From contig JAISCI010000028.1 in NCBI GenBank assembly GCA_031265685.1, positions 31-64,030 on the forward strand: a DNA stretch of 64,000 bases. The letters are read 5' to 3'. Shown here in pieces: positions 25,430 to 35,356 of this stretch (position 1 is its first letter; each line of letters starts with the position of its first letter). This DNA is from Clostridiales bacterium (lineage in GTDB: Bacteria; Bacillota; Clostridia; Lachnospirales; WRAX01). Position numbers and translations under genes: made by a program. The notes beneath the pieces are model-generated. The model worked only from the letters and a program-made list of their open reading frames with translations, ran no database searches and had not been told where the DNA came from.

Positions 25430-26878
25430 ATGGAAAACAGAAATACAAATGTCAACGCGGCGGACAACGGACCGGGCGCTCCGAACGGGAAGGGCGGTCG
25501 TTCCCGCCGCAGGGCTGTCAAATTCCTTATCACCGCCGCTATCAGCGTAGTCGTCTTTATCTCGGTGGTGTTCGTCAGCCTGGCCGCGTTCATCGTCGTC
25601 AACGGCAAGAAGAACGTGTCGCAGCAGGCCGACCGCGGGCCTATCGACATCACCGTCGATCAGCTGCCCGTCGTCAACGGCGCCACGAGGGATCCAGACG
25701 CCGCCGATTCCGACGACGGCGGGGATTGGCTCGGGAGTCTGATCCCCAATTTAATCGAGGCGCCCCGCAAGACCAACGTACTTATCATGGGGACGGATCA
25801 GGGCGGCTTTCTATCGGATGTCGTCGTTTTCGTGACGTTCGATTCGGCGACGAAGAAGATCGACTTTATCTCCATACCGCGCGATACGAAGGTGTACATC
25901 ACCGACGAGCAGTACGAGACGCTTCGCGGCAACGGGTCGCAGATCCACACGACCGGCCCTATCAAGATCAACGAGCTGCACAGCTACGCGGGAGTCAAAT
26001 ACGGCATACCGTACACCAAAGCGAAAGTGGAGGAACTGCTCGGCGTAAGCGTCGATTACACCGTACAGGTGGATATAAAGGGATTCCGCGCCATAGTGGA
26101 CGCCGTCGGCGGTATATACGTGGACGTGCCGTCGCCCGGGCTTTATTATAACGACGCCGACCAAGGCCTCAACATAGCGTTGCCCGCGGGGCGGCAGCTG
26201 CTTACGGGTCGCGACGCGGAAGGGCTGGTGCGGTACCGTCAGCCGGACAAGGGCAAGCCCACCCCCGCGGGGTACGAGCGCGGCGACGTGGCGCGCGTGG
26301 ACATGCAGAAGCGCTTTATGAAGGAGTTCTTCTCGCAGGTGATCCAGCCGGAGATACTGGCTGGCAATATCCCCGCGATTCTCGACGTCATGTATAAATA
26401 TGTCAAGACCGACTTCAACCTCACCGACGTGCCGCAGTACATGACCAGTCTGGACGGTATAAGCGCCGACAACGTGAGCTTCTACACCATGCCGGGCGAA
26501 TCGGTCTACCAGATCGCGTGGTACTATATTCAGGACGTCAGGGCCACGGACGCGCTAGTGGCGCGGACGGCGCTCAATTACGTCGTCTCGGAGGAGGATA
26601 CGTCCGCCCCGAAAGTCCGCGTGTACAACGGTTCCTACACCCCTGTGAAGGGGATCGAGGTGTGCGAATCGCTCGAATCGATCGGCTACGCCGCCGAGGA
26701 CATGGGCGACTGGACGGGCGCGAGGAAGCGCCAGACGATCGTCTACGCGTCCGACGAGTATGTTGGCTCGGCCATCGCTAAGCTTTTTGTCAACGCCAAA
26801 GTGGATACCGCGTCGGACGAGGTGCCCGACGGATACGAGGCCTTGGTAATTGTTGGTACATCCGAGAGTGACGAGTAG
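25430..26878 (+). CDS. LytR-CpsA-Psr (LCP) family cell-wall polymer ligase with a C-terminal LytR_C-like domain
   Basis: An N-terminal TM anchor is followed by VLIMGTDQGG...FISIPRDT...INELHSYAG...GRDAEGLVRYR. Confidence 0.85.
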   Translation: MENRNTNVNAADNGPGAPNGKGGRSRRRAVKFLITAAISVVVFISVVFVSLAAFIVVNGKKNVSQQADRGPIDITVDQLPVVNGATRDPDAADSDDGGDWLGSLIPNLIEAPRKTNVLIMGTDQGGFLSDVVVFVTFDSATKKIDFISIPRDTKVYITDEQYETLRGNGSQIHTTGPIKINELHSYAGVKYGIPYTKAKVEELLGVSVDYTVQVDIKGFRAIVDAVGGIYVDVPSPGLYYNDADQGLNIALPAGRQLLTGRDAEGLVRYRQPDKGKPTPAGYERGDVARVDMQKRFMKEFFSQVIQPEILAGNIPAILDVMYKYVKTDFNLTDVPQYMTSLDGISADNVSFYTMPGESVYQIAWYYIQDVRATDALVARTALNYVVSEEDTSAPKVRVYNGSYTPVKGIEVCESLESIGYAAEDMGDWTGARKRQTIVYASDEYVGSAIAKLFVNAKVDTASDEVPDGYEALVIVGTSESDE

Positions 26879-28022
26879 CGGCCAGGCGCCGGGCATCCTC
26901 TTGACAATTGACAGTCTGCCAACTCCGTGCTACGTCGTTTATGAAGATAAGCTTGAGCGGAACCTGTCCAAGCTCCGGCGCGTAGCCGACGAAGCCGGGT
27001 GCAGGGTGCTTCTCGCGCAGAAAGCGTTCTCGATGTGGGCGATGTATCCGCTCGCCGCGCGTTATCTCGACGGTGCCGCCGCCAGCGGGCTGTTCGAGGC
27101 GCGCCTGTCGAGCGAGGAGATGGGCAAGGAGACCCATGTCTTTTCCGCCGCCTATCGACCCGCAGAATTCCCGGAGATATTATCGTATGCCGATCATGTT
27201 GTATTCAACTCATTCGGGGAGTGGCGGCGTTACCGGGGCGCGGCGCTCGCGGCGGGCGTGTCGCCTGGCATACGCGTCAATCCGGAGCATTCGACCGGGA
27301 GCAATCCGATTTATGACCCGTGTTCCCCGATGTCGCGTCTTGGAGTGACGCGCGCCGAATTCCGCGCGGACGAGATGGATGGAATTTCCGGGATTCATTT
27401 CCACACCTTGTGCGAGCGTAACGCCGACGCACTGGCCGAGACGCTGGCCGTCGTCGAGGCGAAGTTTGGCGAGTTCTTCCCGAGGATACGCTGGATAAAC
27501 ATGGGCGGCGGCCACAATATCACGCGCGCGGATTACGACGACGCGCTCCTCATCAGGACGATCCGCGCTTTCCGCGAGCGGCACGGTTTGGACGTCTACA
27601 TCGAGCCGGGCGAGGCGATCGCTCTCGATGCGGGGTATCTTGCCGCGACTGTGCTTGATATAGCGCGCAACGGCGCGGAAACGGCGATTCTGGACGCTTC
27701 GGCGGCCTGCCATATGCCGGACGTCATTGAGGGACCTTACCGGCCGCCTGTGCTGGGCGGGGCGGCACCCGGAGCGAAGGCGTTCACATATCGTCTGGCC
27801 GGCCCGACGTGTCTCGCGGGGGACGTCGTCGGAGATTACAGCTTCGACGAGCCGCTTCGTCCGGGTTCGCGCGTTGTTTTCGAGGATATGGCGATATACA
27901 CTATGGTAAAAAACAACACTTTTAACGGTATCTCCCTGCCGCCTATAGCCGTCCTTCGCGGCGGCGAAGCGAGGGTTATCCGAGAGTTTGGGTATTCGGA
28001 TTTTAAGGACAGGCTGTCGTGA
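26850..28022 (+). CDS. nspC: Carboxynorspermidine/carboxyspermidine decarboxylase
   Basis: LPTPCYVVYEDKLERNL...LLAQKAFS...INMGGGH...CLAGDV matches the NspC pattern. The start is uncertain (TTG 26850 with a GAGG RBS, GTG 26868, or TTG 26901). Confidence 0.85.
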   Translation: MLVHPRVTSSGQAPGILLTIDSLPTPCYVVYEDKLERNLSKLRRVADEAGCRVLLAQKAFSMWAMYPLAARYLDGAAASGLFEARLSSEEMGKETHVFSAAYRPAEFPEILSYADHVVFNSFGEWRRYRGAALAAGVSPGIRVNPEHSTGSNPIYDPCSPMSRLGVTRAEFRADEMDGISGIHFHTLCERNADALAETLAVVEAKFGEFFPRIRWINMGGGHNITRADYDDALLIRTIRAFRERHGLDVYIEPGEAIALDAGYLAATVLDIARNGAETAILDASAACHMPDVIEGPYRPPVLGGAAPGAKAFTYRLAGPTCLAGDVVGDYSFDEPLRPGSRVVFEDMAIYTMVKNNTFNGISLPPIAVLRGGEARVIREFGYSDFKDRLS

Positions 28023-28024
28023 AC

Positions 28025-28498
28025 TTACTCGCCCTTGCCGTCATTCTCCAGCAGGATCGCCACCCAACGGCCGCCGTCGCCGGGGGCGTACCCCACTCCG
28101 ATCTCGGTAAAATCCTCGGACAGGATGCTCGCGCGGTTGACTTCGGACGCCATCCACGCCGCCACGGCATCCTCCGGCGCGATCTGTCCGGCGGCTACGA
28201 CCTCTCCCAACGCGCGGAATGGTATGTGGAACGCCGTCAGCATGTCGGCGGGCGTGCCGTATCTGAGCGAACGGTGCCCGAGGCGGCCGCTGTCACGCAT
28301 ATCCTCCGCCTTGTACCGCGCCGCGCGCGCCAGCTGCCAGTTGACCACCAGCGGCGGCGCCCCGTATTCTTCCCGGCGGGCGTTGATTTCGTCCGCCACC
28401 CTTTTCTCGGCTTCGCGGGTGACGCTGTCGTCCGCTATGGCCGCGCACATCAGGATCGCCAGCCCCGCCGCCGCGCATACCGCCAGCAATCGTTTCAT
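28025..28498 (-). CDS. Secreted CAP/SCP-domain protein (YkwD-like)
   Basis: Translation from ATG 28498 (AAGGAAGGG RBS) gives the signal peptide MKRLLAVCAAAGLAILMCAA, followed by INARREEYGAPPL...HRSLRYGT...GEVVAAG. Confidence 0.7.
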   Translation of the reverse strand: MKRLLAVCAAAGLAILMCAAIADDSVTREAEKRVADEINARREEYGAPPLVVNWQLARAARYKAEDMRDSGRLGHRSLRYGTPADMLTAFHIPFRALGEVVAAGQIAPEDAVAAWMASEVNRASILSEDFTEIGVGYAPGDGGRWVAILLENDGKGE

Positions 28499-28538
28499 CG
28501 CGTTCCCTTCCTTTATATACAGAGGCTTTTTTGCTATG

Positions 28539-28567
28539 AAAAACCCGGGCACACCGTTGTGCCCGGG
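28539..28567 (-). terminator. Rho-independent terminator of the small ORF 28584-28769
   Basis: CCCGGGCACA-CCGT-TGTGCCCGGG (10-bp stem) is followed on the minus strand by TTTTT. Confidence 0.75.
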
Positions 28568-28583
28568 TTCGGAAACGATGCTT

Positions 28584-28769
28584 TTAGTTATCGCCGCGAA
28601 GCAGGTTCTCGGCATAGTCCTTAAGGCTCGTAAACGAATTGACGTTCGTTCCGCGCTGGTTGATCTGCTCGCGCACATGATCCGGCAGGGAAGAGAAGTA
28701 CTGTCCCGCCTGAGCGTCATTCTGGAGCAGCTCGTTGAGGCTCTTATACTTATCCGGCACTTGATTCAC
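28584..28769 (-). CDS. Small hypothetical protein (61 aa)
   Basis: The ORF is followed by its own terminator. The sequence is hydrophilic (KYKSLNELLQNDAQAGQYFSSLPDHVREQIN) and I recognise no family. The start is GTG. Confidence 0.4.
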   Translation of the reverse strand: MNQVPDKYKSLNELLQNDAQAGQYFSSLPDHVREQINQRGTNVNSFTSLKDYAENLLRGDN

Positions 28770-28969
28770 CCCATTCGATTTCCGAATTTTGAATTCGGGG
28801 GCAGGGCGTCCCCTGCCCGTAACGCTATTATTTGCGGTTTCAGTTAAATTATGCGGGTTTTGTCAATTATCTCTCAGTATTGCCTCTCATCGACTAGAGA
28901 CAGCCGCGCCTGTCTATGATATTATTATTCACATAAATGAAGTAGGAAAAACAGACAGGGGGGCGTAAA

Positions 28970-30409
28970 ATGTTCGATAAAACGATAAGCGCCATGAAAA
29001 ATCGCTTCGCGCCGGGCGGCAAGACAAAGGAAAAGAACCGGAAAGAACAGTTCACCCCCGTGGAATCCCGGATGAAATTCTCGGATGTGGCCGGAAACGA
29101 CGAAGCTAAAGCCGCCGTCGCCGATGTAGTGGACTTTATCCGAGACCCCGGGAAATACGAGCGCTATGGAGCCCGGATGCCCAAGGGCGTCCTGCTGTAC
29201 GGACCCCCGGGTACGGGCAAAACGCTGATGGCCAAAGCCGTCGCGGGGGAATCTGGCGCGGCATTCTTTTCGGTCTGCGGATCGGACTTCGTGCATATGT
29301 ACGTGGGCGTCGGGGCCGAGCGGGTGCGCGCGCTGTTTGGGGCCGCCCGAGAGAAGGGCAAAGCCGTCGTCTTCATCGACGAGATTGACGCGATGGGTAA
29401 AAAACGCGGCGCCGCCCCGGGCGGCGGTTCCGACGAGCGCGATCAGACATTGAACGCCTTGCTGACCGAAATGAGCGGATTCGCGTCGTCCGAGGGCATC
29501 GTCGTTATCGCGGCCACTAACCGGATCGACACGCTGGACGAGGCTCTGCTGCGGCCCGGGCGCTTCGACCGCCAGATCGAGATCGGCCTGCCCGATATGG
29601 ACGGCCGCCGCCGAATTCTCTCGCTCTACGCGAAGAACAAGCCGCTCTCCTCCGAAGTGGATTTGGGCGCGATCGCGCGTCAGACGGTGTTTTTCAGCGG
29701 GGCGATGCTCGAGAATCTGATGAACGAGGCCGCCATATCAGCCGCGAAGAACGGTCTCGGCAACGTACGCGCGTCCGACGTGGACGAAGCGTATTACACG
29801 GTCGTCGCCGGATCCAAGAAAATGAACCGTGACGGTGAGATCGAGCGCGAGCGCCGCGTCACGGCGTATCACGAAGCGGGACACGCGCTGGCCGGCAAGC
29901 TGCTGACGCCCGAGAACAGGATCGCCAAGCTGACGATAATTCCATCGACGAAGGGTGCGGCGGGATTTTGCGTCAGCATTCCGCCGGATCGGATGTTCCA
30001 GACGAAGTCCGACCTGAAAGCTCGCGCGGCTGTGGCGCTAGCGGGAAGGGCGGCGGAGGAACTGACCTTCGGCGCGGATAACGTGACAACGGGCGCTTCC
30101 AACGACATTGAAAAGGCGACGGCGATTGCCGCCGACATTGTGGCAAAATACGGCATGTCCGAGACGTTTGGCCTGGTGTCGCCGGATGCCGCCAGGCTCG
30201 CGTCCGATACGGCGCTGCTCCGCGAAACGCGCGCCCTGACCTCCGAATGCTACGTCGCCGCCAAACGGTTGCTTAACGAGAACATACATATTCTGCGCGC
30301 CCTTGCTGAGGAGTTGCTTACGAAGGAGACTCTCACGGGCGACGAGATTGACGCTATCTGCGATCAGACCGGCAAAGATCAATCCTGTGTATTTACAGGA
30401 GAAAAATAG
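28970..30409 (+). CDS. FtsH-like AAA+ ATPase / M41 zinc metalloprotease lacking the N-terminal transmembrane region
   Basis: Contains Walker A GPPGTGKT, Walker B VVFIDEIDA, SRH ATNRIDTLDEALLRPGRFD and zinc site HEAGHAL. Only about 35 aa precede the AAA module. Confidence 0.85.
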   Translation: MFDKTISAMKNRFAPGGKTKEKNRKEQFTPVESRMKFSDVAGNDEAKAAVADVVDFIRDPGKYERYGARMPKGVLLYGPPGTGKTLMAKAVAGESGAAFFSVCGSDFVHMYVGVGAERVRALFGAAREKGKAVVFIDEIDAMGKKRGAAPGGGSDERDQTLNALLTEMSGFASSEGIVVIAATNRIDTLDEALLRPGRFDRQIEIGLPDMDGRRRILSLYAKNKPLSSEVDLGAIARQTVFFSGAMLENLMNEAAISAAKNGLGNVRASDVDEAYYTVVAGSKKMNRDGEIERERRVTAYHEAGHALAGKLLTPENRIAKLTIIPSTKGAAGFCVSIPPDRMFQTKSDLKARAAVALAGRAAEELTFGADNVTTGASNDIEKATAIAADIVAKYGMSETFGLVSPDAARLASDTALLRETRALTSECYVAAKRLLNENIHILRALAEELLTKETLTGDEIDAICDQTGKDQSCVFTGEK

Positions 30410-30468
30410 TATTTATTCGCGCCGCGCCTGAACAGCGTTTTTGTGCCGAACAATTTAATAAGAATGAG

Positions 30469-30515
30469 CAAACCCGCATGAACACTGCGTTTGCGCGGGT
30501 TTGTTCTTTGCTCTT
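30469..30515 (+). terminator. Rho-independent terminator of the ftsH-like gene
   Basis: CAAACCCGC ... GCGGGTTTG (9-bp stem, 17-nt loop) is followed by TTCTTTGCTCTTT. Confidence 0.6.
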
Positions 30516-30628
30516 TCGCGGCTGCCCACGCGCCTGAATGGTGCCTGAGCTTAGTAAATACCGCATAAGCGCAAATAGTATATGTCAAGCAAAAAATCGG
30601 CCACGACCATAACAAAGCGCAAGTTACT

Positions 30629-30686
30629 GTAGCGGTTGGCGGATCTTAATTATAATGGGCGGCGGATTTTTCAGTTGACAAATACA
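30629..30686. repeat. Copy 2 of the ~58-bp conserved sequence (see 29-86)
   Basis: GTAGCGGTTGGCGGATCTTAATTATAATGGGCGGCGGATTTTTCAGTTGACAAATACA, located 22 nt beyond the stop codon of the FrhB-like gene. Confidence 0.6.
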
Positions 30687-30707
30687 AGCTCGCCGAATGG
30701 CTCGCTT

Positions 30708-31897
30708 TCAGGCGTTTCCCTTCCTTAGCGCCGAGCGCGCCTTCCAGAGAGCGTACCGCGCCCAATTCACAGCCTCCTTCGGCACAAACCGCCGGATCAT
30801 ATTGGTTGCAGACTTTCCCGCCGTCTTTCTGTAAAGCTCGCCGAACGGCTCGCTGTCAAGCCCCGCGAAGAAATCCCCGCGCCGCTTATTTGTGCCGCTC
30901 GAAGCGTATATGCCGTGGTTGAAGGCGCAAGCTTCCCCAACGCTCGAAGCGATTGTATCGCAAAACGGCGCCAATCGCCCAAACAGCTCCTCGCCTTTGG
31001 CGGTATTTACCATGACGAGCGATACGCCCCGACCATCGTCGAAACGCCCGAGCATCTGCCTGCCGCCCCAGAAATCCCCTATGGTCACGTCCGCGCCCGA
31101 GCGAAATCCTTTGGCCGCGCAGTCGCGGCACGACGGCCGCAGGAACAGATTTACCATGAAGCCCAGCATGTACGGCGAATCGTCGTCCCGCTCCGTTTTG
31201 CCGTCAACAACCAGAAGCGTGTCGAGCGCGGTCTGCCAGCGCTTCCGCTTATGCCGGAACGCGAGGCCAGTCGGCGCGGAACCAAAACGCCGCGCCGCGT
31301 CTTTGATGTATTTGTCAAGAACTTTCTGGCTGGGCACGCCATGACATACAAAATCGACAATAGTCAAGCGGTCTCGGTTCACGCTGAATTCCGCCAAAAA
31401 GCGACGCAACCCCAGTGCCTGGCACGGCGTACCAGTGAAGAGGACGCGCTCGCCCCTGTCAAGAAATTCCTTGCAACGGACGTAACTGTCTCCGATGTCG
31501 GACTGTACATATTTGGAACCGCGAAAGCGTGCGTACGATCCATCCGTGACGAAGGAGTGCCGGCAGCGCATTCCGCGCATCTCGCTGCCAAATATTGCCC
31601 CCCCCCTATCATAAAGTCCTCAGCGATCAGCGAGAAAACGCCGCCCGAGGTGGACGCGCCGCGAATGGCGTCGTCTCGGGCTTTAACGCCCCAGACCGAG
31701 ATAGGGCCGCCGCCAAGGGCCAGCGACGCGTACTGGCAAACCCTCTCGCAGATCCCGCACTCGGAGCACCTGTCTTTTGCCGCGACAGGATACGCAAAGC
31801 CCTCTCCGTCGCTTACCATGGAAATGGCCCCATGCGGACACGCTGCCTGGCAGGCAGAGCATCCGCAGCAAGCCCCTTTATTAATTATATCAATCAT
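30708..31897 (-). pseudogene. Coenzyme F420 hydrogenase/dehydrogenase beta-subunit-like protein (N-terminal 2x[4Fe-4S] ferredoxin), interrupted by a frameshift in a G9 tract
   Basis: The N-terminal frame reads MIDIINKGACCGCSACQAACPHGAI...CSECGICERVC...TSGGVFSLIAEDFMIGGG. The C-terminal frame (30708-31580) resumes with ...FRGSKYVQSD...FTGTPCQ...VCHGVPS. One extra G would join them into about 396 aa. Confidence 0.8.
31598..31606 (-). repeat. Homopolymeric tract: C9 on the plus strand, G9 on the coding strand
   Basis: Read directly as ATTG-CCCCCCCCC-TATC. It sits exactly at the point where the frame changes. Confidence 0.95.
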
Positions 31898-33143
31898 CAG
31901 CCAACGCCCTTTCGAGATAATCGGCGGAGAACCGGCGCAACTCGCCCAGCGCGGCGTTGGACGCCGAGAAATCCACTTCCGCGGCGCCCGGCGTCAGCCA
32001 CTTAGACCAATCCCCGGACAGATCCGCCATGCGGTCCATCAGCCCGGTCTGCGACAGCAGCGAGGACGCCCGCTCGTTACGGTAACACGCGACCGCATAG
32101 AACGGGATATTGAAGTTGACGGCGAAAGCCGTGCCATGGAACGAATTGGTCACGACGAACCGCGCGCGGGCCAACAGCTCCACGAACCGCCTGGGATCGG
32201 CCGTGGATTCGTAGCGCGTGGATGGTGAAAGATCCGCCAGAAACCGCTGGTCGATGATAACGGGTGTAAGGCCCAGTATCTTCGCCAGCTTTTTGGCGAA
32301 GCCGTATACGCGCACACGGTTCGACAGCGCGTACACGACAAGCGTATCATCTCGGGATTTCGCCTGATTCACGCAAAATTCCCTTTCGTCCTCAATACCG
32401 AGCGAGGAGAGCCATTCCCCTCGCGTGAGCATCAGCGTCGGGTCAAGCGCGCAGACTGCCTCAATCCCCAGCGCCTCGCGGACTTTCCCGACATGCTGCG
32501 CTTCCCGCACGGAAACGGCGGAGTACGCCCGCAAATAACCCGCGATCCTCTCATTGACGGCTCGGTCGGCGAATTTATAGTTACCGAACGAAGCGGAATA
32601 CGCGACGCGCCTGACACCCTCGGGTAGGAATCCAAGGAAATAAACCGGCGTCACGCCGAAATACATCGGATTCCATATTTGGTCGCTGCCGCTTACCGCC
32701 GCGTCATAACCTGAAAATCCCTCGGCGACGCTTTCCTCCGCATACTCCTGTGTATAGGCTATGTACGTATCCCAAAACCTACGGTAATTCGCGATAAGGC
32801 GACGGCGCTTTCCGTAGTTGACAATATCGGAAACCATCCCGTAGACGCGGTTCATCAGTTCCGGCAACAGCTCGGACTTCTCGAGCTTAGCCGCTCCCCC
32901 GCCGATCTTTTTGCGCGAAAATACGGATCTCACTGTAGAAAAAGCTATCACTATGAATCCGACCCGCACCGGCCTAACGGTAGCGGCGACCATGCCGTGC
33001 CGGTAATCCAAGCACTTTACGTCAAAGCGGCGGCTCAGGCACGCGAACAGCGCGAACTCCTGCAGACTGCCGCCGTAGTTGACGTTACGGCTGAACGTTA
33101 CTAACAGTATCTTCCTCGCGCCCGGCTTCGGATTGTCTGACAA
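31890..33143 (-). CDS. Polysaccharide pyruvyl transferase family protein (CsaB/WcaK-like)
   Basis: ILLVTFSRNVNYGGSLQEFAL...GSDQIWNP...VVTNSFHGTAFAVNFNIPF matches the PS_pyruv_trans pattern. The start is TTG and overlaps the upstream gene. Confidence 0.8.
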   Translation of the reverse strand: MSDNPKPGARKILLVTFSRNVNYGGSLQEFALFACLSRRFDVKCLDYRHGMVAATVRPVRVGFIVIAFSTVRSVFSRKKIGGGAAKLEKSELLPELMNRVYGMVSDIVNYGKRRRLIANYRRFWDTYIAYTQEYAEESVAEGFSGYDAAVSGSDQIWNPMYFGVTPVYFLGFLPEGVRRVAYSASFGNYKFADRAVNERIAGYLRAYSAVSVREAQHVGKVREALGIEAVCALDPTLMLTRGEWLSSLGIEDEREFCVNQAKSRDDTLVVYALSNRVRVYGFAKKLAKILGLTPVIIDQRFLADLSPSTRYESTADPRRFVELLARARFVVTNSFHGTAFAVNFNIPFYAVACYRNERASSLLSQTGLMDRMADLSGDWSKWLTPGAAEVDFSASNAALGELRRFSADYLERALADD

Positions 33144-34107
33144 AGCGCTCGCCCTCCTTGACTATGTTAGTCTCGCGGCGAAGGTAGATCGGGCGGCGTT
33201 TAATCTCCATATATATGCGCGCTATGTATTCGCCGATTATCCCCAGCAGCGATATGACTATACCACCCAGAAACAGCATGATTATTATGGTTGTGGCGAA
33301 GCCGGACGTGACCGCCCCGTAAATCGCCGTCCGGAAAAAGATGAACAGCCCGTACGCGACAGCCGCGAGCACGACGACCGCGCCCAAAATATACGACAGC
33401 CGGAGCGGAGCGGTCGAGAACGCGACAATCCCCGAGACGGCATACTTGAGCAGGGACCAGAACGACCACTTGGACGTTCCGGCGGCGCGCGGCACGTGCT
33501 CATACTCGATCCATTTGACCTTGAACCCCACCCACTCGAATAGTCCTTTGGAGAAGCGCTCCCTCTCGCCCATCGCCAGCATGGCGTCCGCCACCGCCCG
33601 CGTCATCAGCCTGCAATCGCGCGCGCCCGGCTTCAGCTTGACGCTCGAAGCCTTGTTTATCAAGCGGTAAAACATGTTGGCGAAAAAGCTCCTTATGGGC
33701 GGTTCGCCTTTTCGGTCGGACCGGCACAGCGCCACGCAGTCGTAGCCCTCGTCTATCCCCTCCAGCATTTCCGGCAATACGCCCGGCGGATCCTGCAAAT
33801 CGGCGTCCATTATCGCCAGCAAGTCGCCCCGGCTCTCGCTGAATCCGGCGAACAGCGCGGCTTCTTTGCCGAAATTGCGCGAGAACGATATGTAGCGGAT
33901 ACGGTCGTTCCCATGCGTGAACGCCAGTTTCTTTATCTCGGCCAGCGTGTCGTCGCGGCTGCCGTCGTCCACGAACAGGATGGACCACGTGTACGGAAGA
34001 GGCGCCATGTCTTTCGCGAGCGCCTCGTAGAACAGCGGCACGCATTCCTCCTCGTTGTAGCACGGAACGATTACCTCGATATGCCGTTTATTGCTCACGC
34101 GATCCAT
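33085..34107 (-). CDS. GT2 polyprenyl-phosphate glycosyltransferase (GtrB/CsbB-like)
   Basis: IEVIVPCYNEEE...VDDGSRD...MDADLQDPP, followed by two C-terminal TM helices. Confidence 0.85.
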   Translation of the reverse strand: MDRVSNKRHIEVIVPCYNEEECVPLFYEALAKDMAPLPYTWSILFVDDGSRDDTLAEIKKLAFTHGNDRIRYISFSRNFGKEAALFAGFSESRGDLLAIMDADLQDPPGVLPEMLEGIDEGYDCVALCRSDRKGEPPIRSFFANMFYRLINKASSVKLKPGARDCRLMTRAVADAMLAMGERERFSKGLFEWVGFKVKWIEYEHVPRAAGTSKWSFWSLLKYAVSGIVAFSTAPLRLSYILGAVVVLAAVAYGLFIFFRTAIYGAVTSGFATTIIIMLFLGGIVISLLGIIGEYIARIYMEIKRRPIYLRRETNIVKEGERFVRQSEAGREEDTVSNVQP

Positions 34108-35356
34108 CCCCCTTTATTATGTAAATCATATTGATCACGAACACAGCTCCGCCGACCGACGCGACACAGACGGCGATCGCTTCCGGCGACGTCTGATTAT
34201 ACCCCAGCCAGAACGCCAGCGCCGCGCCCGCCACGCTCACCGCGAGCGGAAACCGCAGCCTGCCCCGCGCCACGGCATAGTTCATATTCAGCATATTGAG
34301 CGTCGTCGAAACGCCGATGGCGCACGAATAATTGATGTACCCGACCGCCGATATATACTTTCCCCCTACCAGAATCGACACGATCTGGCCGGGGAACAGC
34401 AGTATCGGCGCCATGAACACGGCGCTGGTAAGCAGGATGTACAGCAGCGCGCGCAGATACAGCGGGACGACCCCGCCCTTGTCCGACATGTTCGACCGGG
34501 AGACCATCGGCAGAAAGACGTTTATGAGCGCCGTAACCGCGAACACCAGTATCTTGCCGAACTGCGCCGCAGAGCCGTACAGCCCGGACACCCCCTCGTC
34601 GAAGCGTAGCCGAACGATGAGTACGTCCGAATACATCATGAACACGACGCACAGGTTGAGCGCGAGCGACGCGCCCAGCAAGCGGCCCCTCCTTACAGAT
34701 TCCCGCAGCCCGCCGATTGCCTCCGAAAACGAAGGCTTGTCCCCGCCCAGCTTACGGCGCAGGGCGAACCATCCGAATACGACGGCCAGCACGCTGCCCA
34801 GCGCCAGGAAGATCAGCATAGCGAACAGCCTGTCCCCGCCCGTCACGAACAGCACGGCGAAGCCTATGCCGGCCACTTTGAGAACGGCCTCGATCATGGT
34901 TATGACCGGCATTATCACGAAGCGCTGCAAACCCTGCGCGACACCCGTAGCGACATAGCGCGGGTACGCGACGGCGACGCACGCGGTCATGAGCGCGCAT
35001 AGCGCCAGACTTCCGACGCTCATAGCGCCGTCGATAACGGGCGACAACGCGAGACCGACGGCAAGCATACCGCACACGACGACAGCCGTAAACACCGCGA
35101 ACCCGGCGACAAACAGCCGCGATCCGCCCCCGCCGGACTCCTTCTCGGACACCGTCTTCGCGACGTACAGCTGAAACGCCTGCCCCGGCACGCCCAAGAT
35201 GAAGATAATGGATATTATCGTATTCAGCAATCCGTAATCCGCGACGGTGAGCGCCCGGGCGGACAGTATCTGGAAAGCGTAGTTGACGACATTAGTCAGC
35301 ATTGAAAAACCAAACAGCAACAGCGAGCGCTTTTCAAAGCTTGCCTCACTCTTCAA
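34088..35356 (-). CDS. MOP/Wzx-type polysaccharide flippase
   Basis: About 12-14 TM helices. The start is placed at TTG 35356, because the longer tracked N-terminus is Arg-rich and overlaps the yfhO 3' end. Confidence 0.7.
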   Translation of the reverse strand: MKSEASFEKRSLLLFGFSMLTNVVNYAFQILSARALTVADYGLLNTIISIIFILGVPGQAFQLYVAKTVSEKESGGGGSRLFVAGFAVFTAVVVCGMLAVGLALSPVIDGAMSVGSLALCALMTACVAVAYPRYVATGVAQGLQRFVIMPVITMIEAVLKVAGIGFAVLFVTGGDRLFAMLIFLALGSVLAVVFGWFALRRKLGGDKPSFSEAIGGLRESVRRGRLLGASLALNLCVVFMMYSDVLIVRLRFDEGVSGLYGSAAQFGKILVFAVTALINVFLPMVSRSNMSDKGGVVPLYLRALLYILLTSAVFMAPILLFPGQIVSILVGGKYISAVGYINYSCAIGVSTTLNMLNMNYAVARGRLRFPLAVSVAGAALAFWLGYNQTSPEAIAVCVASVGGAVFVINMIYIIKGDGSREQ

